35,701 nt of DNA from Catajapyx aquilonaris (taxonomy: Eukaryota). Both the position numbers and the translations under genes were made by a program. Below, piece by piece: positions 1 through 10,518 of this stretch (the first letter of the stretch is position 1; each line of letters begins with the position of its first letter). Under the pieces are notes generated by a model that searched no databases, was not told the origin of the DNA, and saw nothing but the letters and a program-made list of their open reading frames with translations. The stretch is taken from the NCBI GenBank assembly GCA_000934665.2, contig KZ538219.1, positions 62,001 through 97,701 of the forward strand. The letters run 5' to 3'.

Positions 1-1887
1 CACAATAAGTCGGTCACCCCAGTAGGCCAACTAGAAAAGGCCGTTCTATAATACCAAATACCTTGTCTCATTAACCCTACAGTTTTCCCCTGCTATGTGT
101 AGTTTTAAGACCGATCGGAGGCCTCGGTGGAATGCAATTACGGTACTGCAAGTTTGACCAACGTCACCGCGTACGGTACTTTTTTGTCCCGAGTCGCCAG
201 CCCTAAGGTCCACCGAAGAAAAAAAAAATTGTTAAAATCTGTTCCCTACTGGCCCAACTATCTTCTGTCTTCAAGGTCGCACCAATGTGGCTCCTCTCCA
301 ACTTGAAAGCGCGAAGTTCATCGACTTCCGTCCTTCGCCAACACACGCCGCGATTGGTAAGCATAGGGCGGAGGACGCTATGCATATTTAAATTATTTAA
401 ATATGGGGGGAAAAAATAGTATGCCAGGGCGTGCACTTGTCTCGTTATCATACATTCTTATACCCATCAAACACCCTGGAGGAATTTTAAATGGTTAATA
501 AGCGCACATTCTTAGGTCAATTCGATTGATCAGTGTGTACCCGGAAGCAGCCGGTACCCACTGCATTTCCTGCCACTTTAACCATGCTCCGTTATGACTC
601 AGTGACGTAACCAGTGTGGCTCCCACGAGAAACTGCTAGAAACATGCAAATTGACAGATCATTGGTTTGACAAAACAAGTCACCTACATATACCCTTAAA
701 AAAATTACGATGGACCATTGCCAACACGAAGCCCAATTGAGAGGCCCTAGATTGACGAGTCCTCCTTCCAACCACTTTCCTAATTGATGCTTTCCACGAA
801 TTACACGACCCTTTCAGCGCCAAACAAAACTGTGTAAAAAATATATATATTGGGAGGTGCAGGCACAAAACGGTTGTTTGCTGAGCTCCCAACCCACATT
901 TACATACGTATCGGTACGGTTTTTATGCGACTCAAATCGGCTGGAAATGCGGATTACATCGTAGTGGAACAAAAAAAAAAAAATGTCACTTTCAACATTA
1001 TTCTAACACAACAACCTGGATATCACGCACTGCCTTTTAAAACCAGTATAATAAACAAAAGGCACAATTTAAGGAAGCGGCTGTGGCACGAAAACCCTCT
1101 CATACAATTCAAACAATCCTTATCGCAAAGGACTTTCCCACTCCCCGAAAAATCGCTTTTCTCCTGCCATGTCAAGGATAACGTAATCCACCAGGGGCCT
1201 CAAAAAACCTAATCTGTCCCCTCCTCAAAAGTGGCAAATTCCTCCACGACCCAGAAGTAGGGCCATCTAATAGTCTGGACCCTGCCAGTCGCATTCCAGG
1301 CTGGACACATAAAAAAAAAAAACCGAGGACAAAAAGTGCATGAGCGTGACAAACTTTTTTTTGACCTTGGCAGTGTATGTTACATCCTGAGGAAGAAACG
1401 CATGAGCATGGCCGGCATCAGCAAAAATTGTTAATTTGTATCCTGCGCTCCGCCCTTGTTGGGGTGTTGCGCCTTTCACTAGCGGACGACCCCGAAGAAT
1501 TGGTCGGGGTGAAAAATGCTGGCCGGATGTGACTCGACTTATCACCCAGAGGTGTGGGTGCTGGAGATTGATGCAATCGTGGACTGCCCAATATGCTCAA
1601 GTTCTGCAGGTCCCAGCAACCTGTTGGTATTTTCCCACCTGCTGGCTACTTCTCAAAACAAGTTCTGGTAGTCAGCATATCTGCTTACTCAAACAATATT
1701 CCCACCTGCTTTGCTGTGTAGCGGTACTAGATGCAAATTTGAGGGGTTTCTGGCTGCCTGCATGTGCAAGTGGTGGAATAGAAAGAGTTTCTTCAAAAAT
1801 TCATTCAAATGTGACCTTGCACATCTCGGAATGACAATCATTGCTAAAAGGTTCTCCCAAATTGGCCTGGTTAGAACAGGTACTTAC

Positions 1888-2309
1888 TGCCTTGGACCAG
1901 CTTGAGTAGAATGGGTGCACCACTCCGGCAGCAGTGATTGAGCCAGGCTACGACGTCCCTTTGAGTATATCCAGCCACCCGTTGTCCGTTAATCTCCAGT
2001 AAAACTTCCCCAGATTCAATGCTGCCCTGGGTGCACTGAACACTTCCTGGGTTCACTTCCCCCAAATATGCAAATTCCCCATTGTCCGATCCACCTTCTA
2101 CTGTCAAGTTCAAAGTTCCATCTGTTCCCACAGTCACAGAAGCTTCGTGTATTCCTTGACTCCAGTGGGAACTGCTCGCCTGAACTGGAAAATTAAGGTT
2201 CCATAAGTATGTGCTGACACGATTAATCACGAGTACGTTCTACTGCAATTACTCCAATTTACTGTGGCGCTGACATACTGGCAGTGGCCACCGGGCTTGT
2301 TGTGCTCAT
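1888..2309 (-). CDS. MAGI: MAGI-family membrane-associated guanylate kinase, 5' part (N-terminus plus PDZ0); gene continues beyond the left edge
   Basis: Exon 2184-1888 (acceptor ttccag, donor gtaagt, phase 1-1) encodes QASSSHWSQGIHEASV...LTVEGGSDNGEFAYLGEV...GEVLLEINGQRVAGYTQRDVVAWLNHCC...LLKLVQG. This matches the N-terminal PDZ0 of MAGI proteins. A plausible first coding exon is 2309-2279 (MSTTSPVATA, donor gtatgt, phase 1), at lower confidence. No guanylate-kinase exon was found in 1-1887. Confidence 0.85.
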
Positions 2310-3989
2310 CACATGAGGCACTGCGGGGTCATTATCCTATCCACTGGGGAGGTCCCTAAATAAATGTCTTTCTAAATATAGAATGGCTTGGACTACACTT
2401 CTAGAGTGGTCCCGCCACTTTGTGTGTGGAAGCCACGACTCTTGTGCCAAACAATTACTACATCATGAGGATTTGTGGCCAAACACCAAGTGCATATTGC
2501 ATTTAATTGTCACTCGACCCAACTAGACCAAAAATTGTTATAAATTTGAAACCTTGAAGGGCAGTACTGCCAACACTATTCAACAAATTTCCCACTATCT
2601 AGCACTAGATATTATTTGCATCCGACTGCTCACCTCTACACTGGAATGAATGAACTCATCACTGACTCACCCATGATGTCAAAACCCATTCGCAAAACCT
2701 GATAATGGCTTTAACTGTCCATAAATGAACCGCTTCAATTGTGTGGCAGTGCCACACACACAAGAATGTGACCTACATCCAATCTTGACCATTGCTGTCA
2801 CCATCTGAGACATGACTGAAAGGGCAGGAAGCTGCCTTACATGATCCCAGCATGCATGCCGTGACACGACATTAGCATTTCCAGTGTGCCGTGAAAGCCA
2901 TGCAGGCAGCACCGGCCAAGTTCTGCGTACACAGAAAAAGTTCCCATATCTGTCGCATGCTTTAACAGCATTTCCACAATTACAAATGATGAATGTTGCA
3001 CGTGCCTACTGGCGGATGACAGTTTTCTGGACCGAAAATTCCAATGCTTGCTCATGTGTAAAATGAATCAAGTTTTTTTCTCCCTCCCATAGGATGCCTA
3101 CTAGACCGGCGGAACCTATCAAAAATGGCACGTGCACCGAATCATACCAGGCTTGAAATAACTGTTATAGTAGGACAGCATTGAATACAAAGAGATGCGC
3201 CGAGTACCGGCCTGTAAATGTCAGTTGCGATGCCAGCATTTGCAGATTGCTGCGGTATATCTAATCTGTGCTTTTTGTGTATGCCCCCCACCAATTCAGA
3301 TAAGCAACTGACAGGCAATGCGCACAGAATGGTATATCCATAATATTTACCTGTGGCTTCCTCAGTGTCTTGGTATGTCTCTGCAGTCTTGTTGGGCGTG
3401 CTAGGCCTGGCCTGGCCCGCCTTCTGCATTATGGCATAGTATCCCCCTTGGTGAAGAGACTGTTTCCTCCTAGGCCTCTATCGCTAGGGCCTAGTCGGAG
3501 AGGGCCGCCGAGAGCAGGAAAAAAAAAAAAGTGGGGGTACGCCAAGATGAATATTCCCCCCAACAAGGCAGCCCACCTTGCTGCTGGTGTCCCCCCAAAA
3601 GAGACACACCGCGAACACCCCGCACAGTCACCCGCGTCCGGCCATCTTGGTCACTGGGCACTCCACGGGGGTTGCTCACTCGCGGCTGGCAGGTGGGACA
3701 GGACAGGCCTACATCACGCTCCGTCCGTCAGCCCGTGTCCGTCCGTCTCTCCTCCAACGAACGGGGGTCCAGTGGGGGCGACTACCACCACCAGGGGCAC
3801 TGCCTGCCGGATGGCCTCCTGCTGCCGCTCCAACCACGGCTGGCTCGTTGGGCTGGCTGTATCACTTTTTTCTCTCATCGTTTGAAAAAAGGCCTCAGTA
3901 GCCTCAGGGCGCAGATGCAGTGATTTGTTCATGCGCGGAATGGGGGGGACATCTTGGATCCTCCCTCGCTTGACAAGTGGTACGAGGAT

Positions 3990-4145
3990 GGATACAAAAT
4001 GGCGGGGGATCAGCCACCACGCATGCGCAATAGGACATGCAACGGTTAATTGGTTTACACGAGTCAGTTGCAGTCAGGGGGTAGGAGCAGCCAATGGGGT
4101 GGCCGGATGGAGTTGGGGGAACCAATCGCGGTGGAAGATTGGTCA
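3990..4145. promoter_or_regulatory. Putative promoter region upstream of MAGI
   Basis: CpG/GC-rich segment with CCAAT boxes at 4049-4053 (-), 4091-4095, 4122-4126 and 4138-4142 (-). It also has an NRF1-like GCATGCGCA (4021-4029) and a YY1-like CAAAATGGCGG (3995-4005). It lies between the WASHC4 3' end and the MAGI 5' exons. Confidence 0.45.
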
Positions 4146-4940
4146 ACGGATGACAAATGGACCCACCGTTGATTGTTGGTCAGCGCCTTAGGTCACCGCA
4201 CGTTTTGATTCGACATTATTGTGGCAATAATCGTGCAACAACTATCGGAGTCAGGCCATTCGCCTGCCATCTATTATTGCAACTATTAAACACGACCATG
4301 AATGGCACCGCCTATGGCATGCCCAAAATTGAAGGACCACGCACTACCATGAAATAAAATTGGCAACCACTGCTCTTCACTCATTCTATTCCCATCAAAA
4401 CATTACAATCCATCATAATGAAAACAACGCCAGGTGTTGGCTGCAATATCGTCCTTTTATCTCTTTTTTACATTCAGGTACCATATATAAAATATTCTGA
4501 TACAATTTCAGGTGCGTCTTAATCGTAATGCATAGCCAGATTTGCAAACAAATTCAACAGTCGCTGACTTGTGAATGGCATAGTACTCAATATAACTTTC
4601 ATTTTTCTGCTGCGAGTGACACTCGTACTTGATTGGCATGTGAGAGTAACTCAAAATATCACTTGTTATGACAGCAATACATATGGAATGTAGCACCAAG
4701 TACAGGCTTGAACAAAAACAAGGAGATGAACCCATTGTGTCGGTGGCAGAATTAACATACAGCGCGTCTGCCCTTTGCAAGCCGATCTGAACAAATCACA
4801 ATTCAAGCTGCCTGCAAGGCGCAATTATATCAATATGCGTATGTATACATGTATATGAGTATCCCAAAATAATTACCATGGGGTTTCCTGTACAGTGTAC
4901 ACCTTGGATAAATCTATGATTTCCACATAGGCACATAGGT

Positions 4941-7900
4941 TCACGACCCACTGCTGGAAGGCGAGCTGATATCGTCGCCTTGAGAGGACGAACTCCCATC
5001 GCTCTTTTTACTACACGTAGCGTCATCTGCTCCACTGCGTTCGCATTGGAAGAATATTCTTGCACTGCTCAGGCTGTAGTACAGCAGTTCAAACTCCTGT
5101 TGGGCCAAGCAGAAAATATAGTCGTGCACACCTCATTGGATAGTACGTAACGATAAGAGTTCTACCTGCTGGTACATGTCCAGTCTCTTGAGTGTGAGAG
5201 TCATGGTCTGCTGAAGCTTCTCATCCTCTCGAGAACCAGATTCCCTGTTTTTTTGTATGGCAGCCTTCTCCTCATTGTACTTGTCCTGGATGGACTGGAA
5301 CCAGTGCAGGGAGTCAAACTCGGCATACTGGTTAAGCAGTTTAAGGATGTATGCAATTCCTGAGGAATAATTAAGAGAATCCAATAACGCCCTTCTCCTT
5401 GCTCTAACACAGCGGCTCCCAACCTGGGGGTCGCAAAGCCTTTTCCGGTGCGTCACGGGTGGCTGCGGCCCGAAAAAGGTTGGGAACCACTGCTCTAACA
5501 CACAAACACAGATTAATACTGAACAGAAAAATTTTAGTTAAGAGCTAAAAAGAATTTCTCACCCATCGCAAAGCCATCGTCGGTAAAGGCTGCCCCAACT
5601 TTGTTCTTTTTATTCATTCTCTCCTTGCAGGCAATGGAGTGCTCCACAAAGTTGACTGTCAGTGGTGGGACTATCACATAGAAATTCTTCAGGTGGATGT
5701 TCTTGGCATCTTGTATGGCCGGACTGAACACGTCAACCAGGAGCTGGATTTTTTAGAGACAGGTAATAACAACGTGTTGTTAAAAACAGCAGAAAACAAA
5801 GGGCTAACCTTGAAGTACTCTGTCCCTTCAGCAAAGTTCTGAACCAGGTTGGAGACGACTTGATCGAGCCTCTTTGCAGCTTCTTGGCTATCCTGAGAGA
5901 GACCCTCTTCCTTGCAAAGCTCCTCAAAGTTGACAATGTCTTCCAAGTCAGGGACAAACCGGATAGCATTGGAGCAGCAGTGAAGACCTCCTGACCGAAT
6001 CATCCTGACGTACCCCATGGCATTGCCCATCTGCGAGATAAGCATGCGAAATCGGTCAAGGTAACTCAGACCATCCGGACCGATCCCCAGCTTTCGGATT
6101 CCTCGGTTGAACTTCTCCGCTCTCTCAAATGGGTACTTTGGCTGGGAGTGCTGCTTGGTCTCCCTGAAGTGCCTCAGGTCCTTCAACAGACGTGATTTTA
6201 TGTGCTCATCGTACATAAACTGGGAGAAGACGTAGAACTTCTTGCGGAGGAACTGGTAAGTGAAGTTGACTGTGGTGGACATGATCCCTGTGCCATGAGT
6301 TCGGATTGAGTTGGCCACATGCCGAATGTTGATGGTGTTCAAGTGCTTGTTGGAACTGGATTGCTCCACAAAGATTTGGTTGTTGAGGTTGTAGAGGTAG
6401 CGTGAGACAAATATGTGGATGTTGCGCATGATCTCCAGGACATCCAACCCTTGCTCCAGGGTCTGACTAGGCAGGTGGTCCTCAACAGTGTGCAGTCCGT
6501 ATTTCTGGTGAGCTAGGGCCCGCATCTCCCCATACGTCTTCCAGTCATGAAGCGCTACAGTTGTAAGGTTGTAGAAGGTTTGGTCCAAGTAATGTTCTAC
6601 GTATGCTGCAATTAAATAATTTCATTGGTATTCCACGTATCCATCACATCTCAGAATGCAACTGCTCACCTTTTACATTGATATACCTATCTAGAAGGCG
6701 TATGGGCCTGAGCCTGAGGAAATGCGAAAGGTCTTTGACTCCCACACGAAAGGGATTCCTGTCGTCCAGCTGCAGATGGGAGTGAATGTGCAGGCGGAGG
6801 TCTGTCTCAATATCACGGCACAATGGATCCATTATCTGCCACAAAATCATGTTACAGTCACAGTCTTCATGCCTCCAAAAAATACCAGTACTTATAATAA
6901 TTACACCATCAAACATTCTCCAACTTACTTGTTCTTTCAGGTAGGAAAATACAGTTTTGTCTAATGCTTCTACTAGAACCTGAGGAGAGACAGTGTGTCT
7001 GGATGCAGACATTGGCCTCAAACAGTCCTTCAAGGCGCTCATAATATACTGCAAAAATGAAGGAAACACACATTATTATGGCAATTTATGGACAATGCAG
7101 GGTGGAGCCAACAAATTCACAATTGTTTGGCCTTCCCAATGTGGACATAATAATGGTGCCATTATGAAAGCTACCATGTCTAATTATCACGGTCATTCCG
7201 AGAAGGCTCATGTGATGCAATGTTTGAGGATAGTTATTATCAAATATTAACAAATGATTGGCACTAAATCTTTACTCACATGTATCCTATGTGCATCTGT
7301 CTTCCCCTCATAGAGGTCTGCAAAGTAGATGGGGAGCACCACTCGATGCCAATAAAGAAATGCAGTGTCCGACACTAGAGTAACCTCCTGCTGTAGCTGG
7401 CAGACCACATCCAGCCTGCGGATGACTGCCTGAAGGGTCCCTAGTTCCTCCTCCTTGAAGGTCCTCCCCTGGGAGGCCAAGGCCAATGCCAGACGAAGGA
7501 TCAGACGCCTCTCCTTGGTCCCAGGGCCATTTAGCATGCGCTCAGCCAGGATCAGCGCAGACAGGACGTCTAGCTTCTTCGTGCTGTACACCTTCTCCTC
7601 CACGAGGCCTTTCTGCATGGTAGATTTTGGACAGTCACAATCTCTGGATATGATATGTATGGTAAGGTTGACTGACGAAAAACTGAATTACAGCACCCAA
7701 AACCTTTGGGGGTGAAGAGTGGCAAAGAAGTCGGAATAGATATGCCTTGCCCAGGGAAAGAGCTGACTGAACAGTGAGACTCCCAAGTTCTGGGAGCAAT
7801 TATACGAGGGCCGTACTAAAATGATTTACAATGTATTTTTTTGCCACAAATACAGTGCCTGTACAGGGTGGCAGATGGTCACACATTATCCAGAGAATCC

Positions 7901-10497
7901 TCCTGGAGCGGAATGAACAGGAGTCATGGATGTGGCAACCTTTCCAGCCAGACCAGGAACCATAATACATTATTTTGGAGGTTCGGCGCACCCCCTCCCA
8001 GACAACTGTTTACAGTCAACAATATCCTCGAAATTGCATCAGTGAAGGAGTTTTTTTCGTGGATTTGAACAGGTGAAAGTCACTGGGGGCCAATCCGGGT
8101 GAGTGCGGCGGGTCTGGAAGCACCTAAACCCAGATCCATGAAAAAAAAACCTTCGCCGAACCTCATTTCGAGGACAGTGTTGACTGTTGCTTACGTTGTT
8201 GATTGTACACAGTTGTCTGGTAGTGAGTGAGTCGCACCTCCAAAAAGTGGTTCCAGGAGGGCCTGGAGAGGTTGACACACCTGTGGTGGTAGTGCATTCG
8301 GCTCCAGGAGGATTCTATCTACCTAGTATAATGTATGACTATCTGCCGACCTGCATGGGCACTGTATTTGTGGCAAAAAAATAAATTGTAAATTATTTTA
8401 GTACAGCCATCGTAATAATGGTGATGGATTGAGAAAGCCTCACCTTTGCAGTGGCAATGATGCTGAGTGCTAGGTAGGTAAGGTGCTGTGCTATGTGATT
8501 TGCTGAATCAACTAAGACCACAGCATGCCTGTGGAATGTGTAATGCACTGCTTTCAACATCTCCACCAGCCGGCAAAGGGCCAACACAGCAGTTCTAGTC
8601 ATAGGACGTGAGGTGGCAACATGCAGGTTCATCACTGTCCTGACGCATGTGCCCAGCTCTCCGGCATACACCAGCCCTTGCACAAACAGCATGCATTTCT
8701 GGTTCAGCTCATCAACGTTGAACTTTCTTTTGTCTGTGCCTGGCCTCAAGGCTGTCTCCATTCTGATTGCCCAGCATGAAACCTGGAGGAACCAGGTCTG
8801 AGCGTCCCTTGGAAGGCTCTGGGCCTTCTGCTGAAGGTATCCAAGTCGATTGGCCTCCACACTGGCCACGGCCTTCTTGTCCAGGGTCTGGGTTACTTGG
8901 GGTAGCTTTGCCTGCAGGAATTGCTCCGGGAACCACAGCACATTCCCCACCAGACTTACCACAGGAATCTGCAACTCAGAAGTAACGTAATGAGGTGTTG
9001 CTTATGCACAACCGATATGAAGCCGCACCTTCCGGTTTAAGTCCCACAGCTGTTTGAAGACCTTCTTGTCAATGGTGCGGAAGAGGTGGAAGTGCAGTAC
9101 GTAGAGGGAAGCCAGGGAGACATATTTGAGGCTGTTCTCTGAACCCAGTTGGTTCATGGCTCCCTTTGACTGGGCCTCTCCAAGCATGTTGGTGATATTC
9201 AGACTAAATTCCTCCATCAGAGCAAAATTCTTCGTCACACAGCCACGTCCATTGTCAAAGCTCCGACAAATGCAGTTCTGAAAGTTAAAAATATGTTTCA
9301 CGAACAAATTGAACAAGGCTGTCAGATACAAGCAAGGTCTCCAGTGGTACCCACCTCGAATATCTTGCCTTTCAGCAATCGCGCTTCAAGTTTGGACAAC
9401 AGATCTTCATACTTCCTCAGTTTGTCTAGATGGGTTCCAAATCTCTCTGGATCATGTCGTATTGACTTGATCATCCTCTTGTACAAGGTCCAGTGCTCCT
9501 GAAGTGTCACCTGGTTCACCATCACCTCATCCAGTGTCACCAGTACTGTCAGCAACTCACCCAAGTGATCAAACACAACCTGCAATTGCACTGTTTATTG
9601 CAGGCTTTGCACAGCAATGACAAGAGATGTTCACATGATATTGCACAGAATGTTCACATTACCTGAAAGTGTGCCTCTGTGACATCCATAATTGGGGGGT
9701 TGACCTTAGATGAATTGTAAAGCATGGCCATTTGTTGCATGGTATTTTGAGCTACTTCCTCACACCTCTTTACGAAGCAGTCTAGCTCTTGAAACACTGG
9801 GATCATGCGGCTCATGCTCATGTGTACGTCTGCATTGCCTTCGTCCTCCACAACTGCAAGAACATGCAATACAGGGTCACCTAGATTTGCCAGGCGGTAT
9901 CCTAGTGGCACTTACCTCCTTCACCATAAAAGAGCAGAACATTGTAGAACTTGTTCCTGGCTTCAGTCTTGAGAAAATCTATCTCCGCGCACAGGTCAGC
10001 CAAGACGGTGAGGACTTTGTTCAGGACCCTATTATCGGTGTCAATCAGCTGCAGCAGGGTCATCTTTTCATGAGGAATCATCTATAAAGGACACAAATTA
10101 TAATTTTACAGCCACCCTCTGTTTGGAGTCTCATTTTGATGAGTAACACTGCTACGAATTGCAATGCCCCGTTGTTCCCCTCCTGCCATGGTTGCAATGA
10201 GCTTCAACAACTTCCCCCCGTCCACCAGCATCCCATCTTACATGCAGCATGATGGGGTCGATGGTGAGGTCCCAGGACTGGCTGATGTGCTCGTCCAGGG
10301 CGTCCTGTATCCCCTGCAGCTGTGCCGCATAATCGTCCAGGAACTTGCCATACTTCCTCAGCTGCCTCTCTGCCACGATTTCTGTCATTTGGGAAGCATG
10401 GTTAGCCTCTCCGTGCCCACTAGTGTTGCGGTGTGCACTACTTACTGTGTGCCCCATGGTCGACCTGGTCCTGCCACTCCTTCTGCGCTCCCGTCAT
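4941..10497 (-). CDS. WASHC4: WASH complex subunit 4 (SWIP / KIAA1033 homologue), complete, 14 exons, about 1164 aa (1171 aa from the in-frame ATG at 10518)
   Basis: Exons: 10497-10446, 10381-10242, 10081-9916, 9853-9663, 9579-9355, 9277-9029, 8968-8444, 7612-7280, 7048-6929, 6835-6670, 6605-5809, 5743-5563, 5359-5166, 5096-4941. All are GT-AG with consistent phases and total 3495 nt. Hallmark motifs: [85 protein letters not shown]. Confidence 0.96.
5410..5492. mobile_element. 83-bp non-autonomous hAT (Charlie-like) MITE in WASHC4 intron 12
   Basis: TIRs CAGCGGCTCCCAACCT ... AGGTTGGGAACCACTG match at 14/16. They are flanked by a perfect 8-bp TSD, CTCTAACA, at 5402-5409 and 5493-5500. Confidence 0.92.
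7805..8412. mobile_element. Non-autonomous mariner-derived element (608 bp) with about 230-bp inverted arms, in WASHC4 intron 7
   Basis: TA dinucleotides flank it (7803-7804, 8413-8414). The termini are CGAGGGCCGTACTAAAAT / ATTTTAGTACAGCCATCG, and the arms match at roughly 85% over the first 80 bp. The minus strand at 8123-8067 reads [19 protein letters not shown], a degenerate form of the mariner [16 protein letters not shown] motif. Confidence 0.92.
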
Positions 10498-10518
10498 CGT
10501 CGTGTCCCTTCCGTTCAT

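Noticed and set aside
170..205. ACTTTTTTGTCCCGAGTCGCCAGCCCTA, resembling a hAT-type terminal repeat, with a loosely similar inverted motif at about 1297-1337
   Set aside because: No partner TIR in the right orientation and no TSD is visible. Any left end would lie outside the window.
383..405. Short palindrome CATATTTAAA-tta-TTTAAATATG
   Set aside because: AT-rich 10-bp arms are expected by chance, and there is no associated element.
3370..4357. Overlapping ORFs of 62-171 aa on both strands
   Set aside because: GC-rich promoter/UTR sequence is depleted of stop codons. No recognisable domain or coherent splice structure.
10446..10457. ATG at 10457 (MGHT) as the WASHC4 start, as in the ORF track
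   Set aside because: It gives phase 0 at the donor, but exon 2 needs phase 1. The ATGs at 10497/10518 give the homologous DHGAHKIVAE junction.
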